A DNA stretch of 64,000 bases from Clostridiales bacterium (GTDB taxonomy: Bacteria; Bacillota; Clostridia; Lachnospirales; Lachnospiraceae). Shown in pieces: positions 1 to 10,449 of the stretch; position 1 is the stretch's first letter; each line of letters starts with the position of its first letter. Under the pieces are notes generated by a model. It saw only the letters and a program-made list of their open reading frames with translations, did no database searches and was not told where the DNA came from. The stretch lies in the NCBI GenBank assembly GCA_021202655.1, contig JAJQCO010000231.1, positions 25 through 64,024 of the forward strand, written 5' to 3'. A program made the translations under genes and the position numbers.

Positions 1-1508
1 ACTACTACATGCAGTCCAGTGGTAAGGCTTACACCGCAGGCGATTCCGACAGCACCAAGTTCAAGACCATCGACGGCAAGAGATATGCCTTTGACGATGA
101 CGGCATCATGCTGTACGGCTGGGTAGACGACAACGCCGAGATGCAGAACGACGACGACGGATGGGCTTCCTCCACATACGAGGATGCTATGTATTATTGC
201 GGCAGCTGGGAAGACGGCGCGATGAAGACCGGCTGGCAGTACATCACAGTTTATGACGACGAGGAAGACGACGACATGAACTACTGGTTCTACTTCCAGA
301 GCAACGGCAAGAGACTCCAGAAGAAGGACAATGACGAGTCCTACTATCGCACCAAGACCATCAACGGCAAGAAGTATGGCTTTGATGAGCGCGGCGTCAT
401 GGTTTACGAGTGGGTTATCCAGACCTCTACCGGCAGTACTTCCCAGAATGCATCCGCATCCGCATGGCAGTACTTCTCCAGCCCGGAGGACGGCGCCCGT
501 AAGACCAAGGGTTGGTTCAAGGTCATCCCGCCGAACGAGGATAACGTATTCAGTTCTGATTTCACCGACGGCGACGGCTTCGATGAGACCGATGCGGACG
601 ATGAGGATGAGAACTGGTACTATGCAGACGGCGACGGCGAGCTGTACGCAGGCGAGATCAAGAAGATCAAGGGTAAGTACTATGGCTTCCAGCCGGATGA
701 CGGACGTGAGGGCGCTGCTTCCATGCTGAGCGGCCTGGTTCTGATCAAGGTTGAGTCTGATGGTACCATTACAGACGTAATTGATGATGGCGTTGACTCC
801 GATGAGCTTGATGATCTGTTAGACGGCGATGATTGTGATGATTACAGCGGAACCTATGATGATGCCATCAGAGATGGTTATACCCTGTATTACTTTGGCG
901 ATGCCGACAATGAGGACACCGACGGCGCCATGAAGACCGGTACGACCACGATCAACCTGGACGGCGACAGCTATACCTTCTACTTCTCCAAGTCCGGCGG
1001 CAAGGAATCCAAGGGTCACGGCGTCACCGGTATCGATGATGACAAGTACATCTACAAGGCAGGCTGCAGAATCAAGGCAGACAGCGACGACAAGTATCAG
1101 GTTGTTGCGGTTGAAGCCATCGGAGAGGATAACACGGATGGCAGTGTAGACATCAGCACGGATCCGGGCCAGGTTATGGTAACCACGTATGACGGTACGG
1201 ATGTCAGAAACAGCGACTGTGGTTATACCTTTACCGAGGGCAGCTATCGGAACGACGATGATGACACACTTCGTTATGTGGTCGTCTATGATGACACGAA
1301 CATGACCGACAGAGATCTCTATCTTGTCAATACCAGTGGCACCCTGCAGAAGAACAAGACCGCAGCCAAGGATGGCGACGACTGGTACTTCTACGTCAAG
1401 AATTACAAGATCAGACTGTACACCAATGAGAAGGAGCTGACTCCGGATGTATCTGGAACCAAGACCGATACTGGTCTGACTCTGGACGATTGGAAGGATT
1501 GGGATTAA
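1..1508 (+). CDS. cell-wall-binding repeat protein, highly acidic (probably 5'-partial)
   Basis: ORF 9..1508, and the frame stays open back to the window edge (..YY before the first M). It has repeated GK(K/R)Y(A/G)FD..G(I/V)M.Y(G/E)WV modules typical of choline-binding-type cell-wall-binding repeats, separated by long D/E-rich linkers. A hairpin terminator follows. Confidence 0.7.
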   Translation, partial: YYMQSSGKAYTAGDSDSTKFKTIDGKRYAFDDDGIMLYGWVDDNAEMQNDDDGWASSTYEDAMYYCGSWEDGAMKTGWQYITVYDDEEDDDMNYWFYFQSNGKRLQKKDNDESYYRTKTINGKKYGFDERGVMVYEWVIQTSTGSTSQNASASAWQYFSSPEDGARKTKGWFKVIPPNEDNVFSSDFTDGDGFDETDADDEDENWYYADGDGELYAGEIKKIKGKYYGFQPDDGREGAASMLSGLVLIKVESDGTITDVIDDGVDSDELDDLLDGDDCDDYSGTYDDAIRDGYTLYYFGDADNEDTDGAMKTGTTTINLDGDSYTFYFSKSGGKESKGHGVTGIDDDKYIYKAGCRIKADSDDKYQVVAVEAIGEDNTDGSVDISTDPGQVMVTTYDGTDVRNSDCGYTFTEGSYRNDDDDTLRYVVVYDDTNMTDRDLYLVNTSGTLQKNKTAAKDGDDWYFYVKNYKIRLYTNEKELTPDVSGTKTDTGLTLDDWKDWD

Positions 1509-1550
1509 TCAGATTTAAATACTGATTGAACAATCAGATTCTTTTCCTTA

Positions 1551-1585
1551 CCGCATGGCCGGTTTTCCGGCCATGCGGTTTCTCT
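1551..1585 (+). terminator. rho-independent terminator of the cell-wall-binding protein gene
   Basis: Perfect 12-bp stem CCGCATGGCCGG/CCGGCCATGCGG with a TTTT loop, followed by TTTCTCT. Confidence 0.8.
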
Positions 1586-1734
1586 GACCTTTCGTGGGGG
1601 CGATGGTCAGAGTTTGAGTATGTCAAAGCCTTGTTGTATGAAGAGTCTATTTTCTTTTATTCATGCGCAAAGTTCTGACTTTTGTCTAATTTGTCACCGT
1701 TAAATCAGAATATTTAGCCTTTTTAAAGATTTAC

Positions 1735-1765
1735 TTTATAGATTCCCTGTTTTGTTTATAGATTC
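1735..1765. repeat. two 11-bp direct repeats TTTATAGATTC with a 20-bp period, upstream of the recombinase gene
   Basis: Exact copies at 1735-1745 and 1755-1765, in an AT-rich intergenic region about 150 nt upstream of the recombinase ATG. Confidence 0.6.
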
Positions 1766-1911
1766 GCAATATTTTGTTAAAAATTGGGGAATACTATGTC
1801 CTTTATTCGGGTCCGACGGTTCTGTCCTGCTGTGTACAACATCTTCTGTTCATCAAAACCGTCCGAATTCGTCTTAAGAGGAAAAGAATTTATAAAAAGG
1901 GGAATTGCTTT

Positions 1912-2715
1912 ATGGGAGAAGTATTCGAAACCTACATGAATGACCTCGGATTATCGCAGAATACGATCCGGGCCTATCTCTACTCGGAAAAACAGTTTAA
2001 AGACCGTTACCGAACCGTCAACCGCAAGAATCTGCGGGATTACAAGGTTTTTCTGATCGACAACTATCAGCCGCAGACCGTCAATCTGCGAATTCGCGGG
2101 ATCAACTGCTATCTGGAAAGCCAGAACATGGAGAAATGGAAGCTTAGCGCTGTCAAATTTCAGCAGAAGCCCTTTCTGGAAAATATCATCAGTGAAGCGG
2201 ACTATCTCTATTTTAAGAACTGCCTGAAGCGGGACGGAGAAACTCTCTGGTATTTCGTGGTCCGTTTCATGGGCGCAACCGGAGCCCGCGTGAGCGAACT
2301 GATCCGGATCAAGGTGGAGCATGTACAAAAAGGATATTTTGACCTTTATTCCAAGGGCGGCAAGCTGCGCCGCATCTACTTCCCCGCCGCTCTCCGCCGG
2401 GAGGCGCTGGAATGGTTCCAGGAAACCGGCCTTACGAGCGGTTTTATCTTCTTAAACCGGAAGGGAAAGCAGATCACCGAGCGAGGGATCTCAAACCGCC
2501 TGAAATATTTTGGAGAAAAGTACGGCCTGGATCCGTCTGTCGTTTACCCGCACTCGTTCCGGCACCGCTTTGCCAAAAGCTTTCTGGAGCGCTACAATGA
2601 TATCGCGATGCTCGCGGACCTGATGGGTCATGAGAGTATTGAGACGACGCGCATTTATCTGAGGAAAACCAGCACCGAGCAGCAGGCTCTGATCGATAAG
2701 ATTGTGGACTGGTGA
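1912..2715 (+). CDS. tyrosine recombinase / integrase family protein (XerC/D-like, short ~267 aa form)
   Basis: The ORF track starts at a TTG at 1774. The ATG at 1912 follows AAAAGGGGA. It has an N-terminal SAM-like core-binding region (LSQNTIRAYLY) and catalytic-domain motifs GARVSEL, HSFRHRFA and GHESIETTRIY (R..HxxR..Y). Confidence 0.85.
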   Translation: MGEVFETYMNDLGLSQNTIRAYLYSEKQFKDRYRTVNRKNLRDYKVFLIDNYQPQTVNLRIRGINCYLESQNMEKWKLSAVKFQQKPFLENIISEADYLYFKNCLKRDGETLWYFVVRFMGATGARVSELIRIKVEHVQKGYFDLYSKGGKLRRIYFPAALRREALEWFQETGLTSGFIFLNRKGKQITERGISNRLKYFGEKYGLDPSVVYPHSFRHRFAKSFLERYNDIAMLADLMGHESIETTRIYLRKTSTEQQALIDKIVDW

Positions 2716-2757
2716 CGCGATGACAGGAATTGTCTTCCCCCTTGCAAATTTTACAAA

Positions 2758-2800
2758 GGGAGCCAACGCCGCTAGCGTTGACTCCCTGTCTTTTCTTTGT
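2758..2800. terminator. bidirectional terminator between the recombinase gene (+) and leuA (-)
   Basis: Stem GGGAGCCAACGC/GCGTTGACTCCC with a T-rich run downstream on the plus strand and an A-rich run upstream. It sits between convergent genes. Confidence 0.7.
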
Positions 2801-2811
2801 CTTTGTCCTGA

Positions 2812-4485
2812 TTATGAATAGAACAGCCGGTTCACTGCGCTGAATATTCCCCTCACAGACGCCCGGGTAATATTGGAGCTGATTCCCACACCGTAGGTCG
2901 CCCGGCCGGTATCCTGATCCATCAGATGGATATAGGACGCCGCCTGTGCGCCGGAACCGGTGCTGAGCGCGTGTTCGTCGTAATCGAGCACCTTGATCTG
3001 GATGCCAAAAACATCCTCCATCCCGCGCTGTACGGCGTCGATCGGGCCGTTGCCCACGCCCTCGAAGGTCTTCTCGATACCGTGATCCGTGTAGGTAACC
3101 GTCGCGACTGTCGCGAACTCGCCCGGCTCGGTCTCCGTGTCGGTGATCCGCAGCCTGCGGAAATGCATGGGCTCCTTCTTCTCCAGGTAGCATTTGCGGA
3201 ATTCCTGCATAATCTGCTCCGGAGCGACTTCACCCTGCTTCTCGGAAATCTTCTGGATCACATCCGCAAATTCCTTGTGCATGCCCTTCGGCAGACGGAA
3301 GCCATAGAAGGTCTCCATCACGAAAGCTACGCCGCCCTTGCCGGATTGACTGTTGATGCGGACAATCGGCTCGTACACGCGCCCGATATCCGAGGGGTCG
3401 ATCGGAAGATAGGGAACCTCCCAGTGTCCGTCTCCTCTCTCCCGCATGGCCTGCATGCCCTTGTTGATCGCGTCCTGATGCGATCCGGAAAAGGCGGTAA
3501 AGACCAGCTTGCCCGCATACGGGTGACGCTCGTCGATGCCCATCTTTGTACAGCGCTCGTACACCTCCGCGATCTCACGAACATTCTCAATGTTCAGCTC
3601 CGGATCAATTCCCTGAGAGAACATGTTGTACGCCAGGGTAAGGATATCCACGTTGCCTGTGCGCTCCCCGTTGCCAAAAAGGGTTCCCTCGACACGGTCT
3701 GCTCCTGCCAGAAGCGCCAGCTCCGTCGCCGCCACGCCGGTCCCCCGGTCATTGTGCGGATGGACGCTGAGAATGATATTCTCCCTGTTCTTAAAATGCC
3801 GGCTCATCCACTCAATCTGGTCAGCGTAGACGTTCGGCGTCGTCATCTCGACCGTGGACGGCAGATTGAAAATAATCGGCCTGCCCGGCGTCGCATCGCC
3901 CCAGGTATCCTGCACGGCCGTGCAGACCTCGAGCGCGTAATCCAGCTCCGTGCCGGTGAAGCTCTCCGGAGAATACTCCAGCATCAGATCTCCATCGTAA
4001 TCCTTCATATATTTCTTTACCAGATTGGTACCGTCGATGGCGATCTGCTTCACCTCTTCCTTGCTTGCGTGGAATACCACGTCGCGCTGCAGGGTGGAGG
4101 TGGAATTGTAAATGTGGACGACTACCTTCTTGATGCCCTGAATGGATTCAAAGGTGCGCTTGATCAGATGCTCCCGGCACTGGACCAGCACCTGGATTCG
4201 GACGTCGTCCGGAATCATCTTCCGCTCTACCAGCTGTCTGAGGAAATCATACTCGATCTGGGAGGCAGACGGGAAACCGACCTCAATCTCCTTGAAGCCC
4301 AGCTTCACCAGCATGTTGAAAAACTCAACCTTCTCCTCCACGACCATTGGCTCCACCAGAGCCTGGTTGCCATCGCGCAGATCCACGCTGCACCAGACCG
4401 GCGCCTTCGTGATCTCCTTATTTGGCCATTCTCTCTCCGGGTAATCAACCACCGGATTCTTCCTGTATTTCTGATAATTTAACAT
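2812..4485 (-). CDS. leuA: 2-isopropylmalate synthase (long LeuA form)
   Basis: 557 aa with N-terminus MLNYQKYRKNP..WCSVDLRDGNQAL, an HPHNDRGTG metal-binding motif and a C-terminal LeuA dimerisation/regulatory region. AGGAGG lies upstream of the ATG. Confidence 0.93.
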   Translation of the reverse strand: MLNYQKYRKNPVVDYPEREWPNKEITKAPVWCSVDLRDGNQALVEPMVVEEKVEFFNMLVKLGFKEIEVGFPSASQIEYDFLRQLVERKMIPDDVRIQVLVQCREHLIKRTFESIQGIKKVVVHIYNSTSTLQRDVVFHASKEEVKQIAIDGTNLVKKYMKDYDGDLMLEYSPESFTGTELDYALEVCTAVQDTWGDATPGRPIIFNLPSTVEMTTPNVYADQIEWMSRHFKNRENIILSVHPHNDRGTGVAATELALLAGADRVEGTLFGNGERTGNVDILTLAYNMFSQGIDPELNIENVREIAEVYERCTKMGIDERHPYAGKLVFTAFSGSHQDAINKGMQAMRERGDGHWEVPYLPIDPSDIGRVYEPIVRINSQSGKGGVAFVMETFYGFRLPKGMHKEFADVIQKISEKQGEVAPEQIMQEFRKCYLEKKEPMHFRRLRITDTETEPGEFATVATVTYTDHGIEKTFEGVGNGPIDAVQRGMEDVFGIQIKVLDYDEHALSTGSGAQAASYIHLMDQDTGRATYGVGISSNITRASVRGIFSAVNRLFYS

Positions 4486-4761
4486 GGTTTTTCTCCTCCT
4501 GCTCTTGTCATGTCATCATCTGTCAGCCTGAATCTGATCAGCCGGGTGTGCCTGACTCCTCCCCGGTGAACCTGTCTGTTTCGATATCTGTCTATATTAT
4601 GTGCGCCGCTTCAGGCTGCGCAGTCGGTAAACCACGCCGTAGTTCTTGACGACAAAAATCGTCACGCGTTTGGGTTCAGCCCCATCTCTACATCATCCCT
4701 TTGCTTCAGATTCCGAAGCGGCCCGTGGCGGATCACTGCAAAACACGTTCTTTGTGCTGTG

Positions 4762-4793
4762 ATAAGAACAAACCGGGCGCAGACTGCACCCGG
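4762..4793 (-). terminator. candidate rho-independent terminator downstream of glmM
   Basis: The minus strand reads CCGGGTGC-AGTCT-GCGCCCGG followed by TTTGTTCTTAT. Confidence 0.5.
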
Positions 4794-4906
4794 TAGCTCT
4801 CCGGCCTCTCTGCCGCAACGTCCTTTTATTTTACCATATTTCCCATCCACACGCAAGCTTCTTTGCGCATTTTCCGGCCATTTTCCGACGCATGATTCCG
4901 GGCCAT

Positions 4907-6286
4907 TTACACGTCCTCCAGCACATGGCCCTGCGCTTTCAGGACCGCAATCACCTGATTGACGCATGACTCGCAGAGCTCCTCTGTCCCGGCCTCCACC
5001 ATCACGCGCACCAACGGCTCAGTGCCGGACGGGCGAAGCAGGATGCGGCCGTCCGTTCCCAGCCTTTCGGCTACCTTCTGCGCCTCTGCCTGGACGAGAG
5101 GATCCTCCTGCGCGGCCTGCTTATCGTACACGTGGACATTTTTCAGGACCTGCGGATATTCCTTCACCTCGGACGCCAGCCTGCCAAGCGTCTCCTTTTT
5201 CTCCAGCATGACCTCCATCACCTTTAAGGAAGTCAGAATCCCATCTCCGGTCGTGGCATGCTTGCTGAAAATGATGTGGCCGGACTGTTCTCCACCCAGA
5301 CAGTTGCCGTTTCTGGACATGTTCTCATAGACGTATTTATCGCCCACCGCCGTCTTTTCATAGGCAATATGCTCCCGGTCAAACGCCTTATAAAGACCGA
5401 GATTCGACATGACAGTCGTGACTACGGTATTATTGAACAGGGCGCCGGTCTCCTTCATGTACTTCCCGCAGATATAGAGGATCCGGTCGCCGTTCACTTC
5501 GTTTGCATTCTCATCCACGGCAATGCAGCGATCCGCGTCGCCGTCATAGGCGAATCCGACGTCGCAGCCGTTTTCCTTTACAAAGGCCTTCAGCGCCTCG
5601 ATATGGGTCGAGCCGCAGTCCAGATTGATATTCAGCCCGTTCGGCTGATTGTGAATCGCAAAGGTCTGCGCTCCCAGGGCGTCAAAAACATTCTTGGCGA
5701 TCGCCGAGGCGCTGCCGTTTGAACAGTCGAGCGCCACCTTTTTCCCTTTAAATGAGCGGGTCGCGATGGAGATCAGATAACCGATATAACGGTTTCTGCC
5801 CGCCGCGAAATCCACGGTGCGACCAATCCGGTCCCGTCGGGCGAAGGGAAGCTCTCCGCTCTCGCCGTCCAGATACCTCTCAATCTCGCCGATCACCTCT
5901 TCGTCGAGCTTTTCTCCTCTTCCGTTGATAATCTTGATCCCATTGTCATAATAGGGATTGTGGCTGGCGGAAATCATGATCCCGCATTCAAAGCCCTCGG
6001 TGCGCACCACATAGGATACGCTAGGCGTCGTCGTGACGTGAAGCAGATAGGCGTCGGCTCCGGACGCCGTCAGTCCGGCTGCCAGCGAATACTCAAACAT
6101 GTAGCTGCTTCGCCTGGTATCCTTCCCGATCGCCACCCGGCAGCGTCCCTCCGGATTCTCCGGCGTCTCCGTGCAGCGGGTTCCATAATACCAGCCCAGA
6201 AAACGTCCCACCCGGTACGCATGCTCTACCGTCAGATCCACGTTGGCTTCTCCCCGGAAACCGTCTGTCCCAAAATATTTTCCCAT
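4907..6286 (-). CDS. glmM: phosphoglucosamine mutase
   Basis: N-terminus MGKYFGTDGFRG, phosphoserine loop SASHNPYYDNGIK, and ~450 aa length. Confidence 0.93.
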   Translation of the reverse strand: MGKYFGTDGFRGEANVDLTVEHAYRVGRFLGWYYGTRCTETPENPEGRCRVAIGKDTRRSSYMFEYSLAAGLTASGADAYLLHVTTTPSVSYVVRTEGFECGIMISASHNPYYDNGIKIINGRGEKLDEEVIGEIERYLDGESGELPFARRDRIGRTVDFAAGRNRYIGYLISIATRSFKGKKVALDCSNGSASAIAKNVFDALGAQTFAIHNQPNGLNINLDCGSTHIEALKAFVKENGCDVGFAYDGDADRCIAVDENANEVNGDRILYICGKYMKETGALFNNTVVTTVMSNLGLYKAFDREHIAYEKTAVGDKYVYENMSRNGNCLGGEQSGHIIFSKHATTGDGILTSLKVMEVMLEKKETLGRLASEVKEYPQVLKNVHVYDKQAAQEDPLVQAEAQKVAERLGTDGRILLRPSGTEPLVRVMVEAGTEELCESCVNQVIAVLKAQGHVLEDV

Positions 6287-6351
6287 GCTGCATTCTCCAT
6301 TCTGCGTCAGTTTTTAAAGCGCTCACGCCTCCAGCCGACCCGCGGCGCTTT

Positions 6352-7272
6352 CTACTCCGCCTGCTTCATTTCCCTCAAATAACGGGCGAGGGCATCCTGC
6401 CAGGTCGGAAGCGGCGTAAATCCGGATGCCTCCAGCTTACTCTTATCCAGGCGGCTGTTGAAGGGCCGGGCCGCCCGGCTCAGTCCATATTCCTCTGTCG
6501 TGACCGGAACCACATTTGTCGTGTAACCGGCCTGTCGGAAAATTTCTTTCGTAAAGTCATACCAGCTGATATAACCGCCCTCGTTCGTCGCATGATAATA
6601 GCCGTATTTTTCCGTCTCAATCATATCCACCAGCAGACGAGCCAGGTCATATGTATAAGTCGGCGTGCCAATCTGGTCGTTCACCACCCGGACCGTATCA
6701 TGCGTCTTGCCGACGTTCAGCATGGTGCGGATGAAATTTTTCCCGTTCAGGCCAAAGACCCAGGCAATGCGGACAATGAAATATTTTTCCAGCGTCCCGG
6801 ATACCGCCAGCTCGCCCTCCAGCTTTGTCTGCCCGTAAACATTCAGGGGCTTGTAGTCCTTGCAGTCCGGCTGCCAGGGTTTTGTTCCCTGGCCGTCAAA
6901 GACGTAATCCGTGCTGAGATAGAGCATCTTGCAGTCCAGCTTTTTGCAGATCGCGGCGATGTTTTTCGTGCCGCCGACATTGACCGCGCGAACCTTCTCC
7001 ACCTTATCGCTGTCCTCCGCCAGATCGACCGCCGTCCAGGCGGCGCAGTGAATCACCGCATCCGGACGCTCCTTCGTGAGTTCGCGTTCTACTGCGTCCG
7101 GGTCTGTGATATCCAGCTGCACATAGGGAGCCGTCGTCACTGCGGAACCGTCCGCCACCCCGCCGTACATCGGCTGAATATCAGAACCGACTCCCTCATG
7201 GCCGCGCCTGGCCAGTTCATTCATCACATCATGGCCAAGCTGGCCGCCGACGCCTGTCACAAATACTTTCAT
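6352..7272 (-). CDS. rfbD: dTDP-4-dehydrorhamnose reductase
   Basis: MKVFVTGVGGQLG Rossmann N-terminus, STDYVFDG and YGQTK motifs, ~300 aa, directly downstream of rfbB. Confidence 0.88.
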   Translation of the reverse strand: MKVFVTGVGGQLGHDVMNELARRGHEGVGSDIQPMYGGVADGSAVTTAPYVQLDITDPDAVERELTKERPDAVIHCAAWTAVDLAEDSDKVEKVRAVNVGGTKNIAAICKKLDCKMLYLSTDYVFDGQGTKPWQPDCKDYKPLNVYGQTKLEGELAVSGTLEKYFIVRIAWVFGLNGKNFIRTMLNVGKTHDTVRVVNDQIGTPTYTYDLARLLVDMIETEKYGYYHATNEGGYISWYDFTKEIFRQAGYTTNVVPVTTEEYGLSRAARPFNSRLDKSKLEASGFTPLPTWQDALARYLREMKQAE

Positions 7273-7287
7273 CTTATCGCCTCCCGA

Positions 7288-8316
7288 TCACGCCTGCCCG
7301 CGGTTTCCGTACATCTTCTCATAGTAATTCTGATACTCTCCCGAAAGGATCGTCTCCCACCACTCGCGGTTTTCCAGATACCAGCGGATGGTCTTGCGGA
7401 TGCCGTCCGCAAATTTTGTCTCCGGAAGCCAGCCAAGCTCTCTGTGAATCTTCGTCGGATCAATCGCATAGCGCATGTCGTGCCCCTTGCGGTCCGCCAC
7501 ATGGGTGATCAGGCTCTCCGGCTTTCCAAGCTCCTTGCAGATCAGCTTCACGATGTCAATGTTGCGCATCTCATTGTGTCCGCCCACATTATAGACCTCG
7601 CCGACCCGTCCCTTGTGAATGATCAGGTCGATCGCACGGCAGTGATCCTCCACATAAAGCCAGTCGCGCACATTCAGGCCTTCCCCGTACACCGGAAGCG
7701 GCTTGTCATTTAGCGCGTTCGCAATCATCAAGGGAATCAGCTTCTCCGGGAAATGATATGGGCCGTAGTTGTTCGAGCAGCGGCTGATCGTCACCGGCAG
7801 ACCGTATGTCCGGTGGTACGCCTGGACCAGAAGATCCGCGGCTGCCTTGGAGCTCGAATACGGACTGCTCGTGTGAATCGGCGTCTCCTCCGTGAAGAAC
7901 AGGTCCGGACGATCTAACGGCAGATCCCCGTACACCTCATCGGTTGACACCTGATGGTAACGGGTAATCCCATACTTGCGGCAGGCGTCCATTAAGACTG
8001 CCGTGCCGATGATATTGGTCTGCAGGAAAATGCCCGGATCCTCGATGGAGCGATCCACATGACTTTCCGCCGCAAAGTTCACCACCACATCCGGATGCTC
8101 CTCCTCAAAAAGCTGATACACGGCGTCGCGGTCACAGATATCCGCCTTGACAAAGCGGAAGTTTGGCTGATCCATCACCGGCTCCAGTGTTGAGAGATTT
8201 CCCGCATAGGTCAGCTTATCCAGGCAGATCACCCGATCCTCCGGGTGCTCCTTCAGCATATGAAATACAAAATTACCTCCGATGAATCCGGCGCCGCCGG
8301 TCACAATCACATTCAT
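7288..8316 (-). CDS. rfbB: dTDP-glucose 4,6-dehydratase
   Basis: VTGGAGFIGGNF, STDEVYG and YSSSKAA (SDR YxxxK) motifs, ~340 aa. Confidence 0.93.
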   Translation of the reverse strand: MNVIVTGGAGFIGGNFVFHMLKEHPEDRVICLDKLTYAGNLSTLEPVMDQPNFRFVKADICDRDAVYQLFEEEHPDVVVNFAAESHVDRSIEDPGIFLQTNIIGTAVLMDACRKYGITRYHQVSTDEVYGDLPLDRPDLFFTEETPIHTSSPYSSSKAAADLLVQAYHRTYGLPVTISRCSNNYGPYHFPEKLIPLMIANALNDKPLPVYGEGLNVRDWLYVEDHCRAIDLIIHKGRVGEVYNVGGHNEMRNIDIVKLICKELGKPESLITHVADRKGHDMRYAIDPTKIHRELGWLPETKFADGIRKTIRWYLENREWWETILSGEYQNYYEKMYGNRGQA

Positions 8317-8418
8317 CCTATTTCCAATCCTTTCTGATTTTTTCCTCGGCTGTCGCTCTCCCCGCAGCTTTCACTCCGGAAAGCCCCTGTCAGCCTGTGT
8401 ATGATATGGCAGAACATG

Positions 8419-9315
8419 TCAGAACGATTCGTGGATCTTATCCACGTATTTTCCGTCCAGGACATCCTTCAGATACTGGCCGTACTGATTTTTCTTTAAC
8501 TCCTCGTATACCCTCATCACATCTTCCCTGGAAATCCAGCCGTTGTTGTAGCCGATCTCCTCCAGGCAGGCGATCTTACGGTGCTGGTGAGTCTCCACGG
8601 TTTTCACGAAATTGGTCGCCTCCACCAGAGATTCATGCGTGCCGGTGTCCAGCCAGGTAAAGCCCTGCCCCAGCAAAATCACATCCAGCTCGCCGTTTTC
8701 CAGATAGATCCGGTTTAAATCCGTAATCTCCAGCTCGCCGCGGGCAGAAGGCTTTAAGTTCTTCGCGTACTCAACCACGCGATTGTCATAAAAATACAGG
8801 CCGGTCACGCAGTAATTGGATTTCGGGTGCTCCGGCTTCTCCTCGATGGAGATCGCCTTGCCGGCCTCGTTGAATTCGACGATGCCAAACCGCTCCGGAT
8901 CGTCCACATAGTAGCCGAACACGGTCGCGCCGGAGGTTTTGGCCGCCGCTGCGCGCAGACGCTTCTTCAGCCCGTGTCCCTGGAAAATATTATCTCCCAG
9001 CACCATGGCCACAGAATCACTGCCGATAAAATCAGCGCCGATAATAAAGGCCTGCGCCAGCCCGTCCGGGCTTGGCTGTACCGCATACTGAAGATGAATC
9101 CCGAAATGATTGCCATCGCCCAAGAGCGCCTCAAACCTCGGCGTATCCGTGGGCGTCGAGATGATCAGGATGTCACGAATCCCCGCGTTCATCAGCACGG
9201 AAAGAGGATAGTAAATCATCGGCTTGTCATAAATCGGAAGCAGCTGCTTGGATGTTACCTTAGTCAGCGGATAGAGACGCGTCCCGGAACCGCCCGCCAG
9301 TATGATACCCTTCAT
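8419..9315 (-). CDS. rfbA: glucose-1-phosphate thymidylyltransferase
   Basis: [18 protein letters not shown] signature, GDNIF, C-terminal EEIGY..GWI, ~295 aa. Confidence 0.93.
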   Translation of the reverse strand: MKGIILAGGSGTRLYPLTKVTSKQLLPIYDKPMIYYPLSVLMNAGIRDILIISTPTDTPRFEALLGDGNHFGIHLQYAVQPSPDGLAQAFIIGADFIGSDSVAMVLGDNIFQGHGLKKRLRAAAAKTSGATVFGYYVDDPERFGIVEFNEAGKAISIEEKPEHPKSNYCVTGLYFYDNRVVEYAKNLKPSARGELEITDLNRIYLENGELDVILLGQGFTWLDTGTHESLVEATNFVKTVETHQHRKIACLEEIGYNNGWISREDVMRVYEELKKNQYGQYLKDVLDGKYVDKIHESF

Positions 9316-9375
9316 AATGATTCTCCTTATGTTTTTATATGCATTTATCCTTCGCCGGATGCCCTCCGGCGTATT

Positions 9376-10441
<1,066 letters not shown>

Positions 10442-10449
<8 letters not shown>

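Noticed and set aside
1586-2811. Integrated prophage or genomic island around the tyrosine recombinase.
   Set aside because: There are no phage, transposase, excisionase or conjugation genes, and no tRNA or obvious att duplication within the window. The flanks are ordinary chromosomal genes separated by clean terminators.
2926-4482. 518-aa plus-strand ORF fully antisense to leuA. Similar long antisense ORFs lie at 6592-7713, 8827-10002, 10403-11785, 17917-18780, 25441-26424, 27595-28473, 35259-36497, 43281-44402, 47156-48781, 53953-54690 and 57683-58516.
   Set aside because: These are shadow ORFs opposite well-supported GC-rich genes. Their translations are Arg/Pro/Leu/His-rich low-complexity sequence with no recognisable motifs and no ribosome-binding sites.
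4486-4761. Calling a T-box riboswitch upstream of leuA.
   Set aside because: Only a weak match to the T-box sequence is present, with no U-tailed terminator or clear specifier context. It is kept as an open question in the findings rather than annotated as a feature.
9316-9375. Hairpin CGCCGGA-TGCCC-TCCGGCG as the prfA terminator.
   Set aside because: On the transcribed (minus) strand it is not followed by a U-run. The T-run lies on the plus strand, where no gene ends. It is too ambiguous to annotate.
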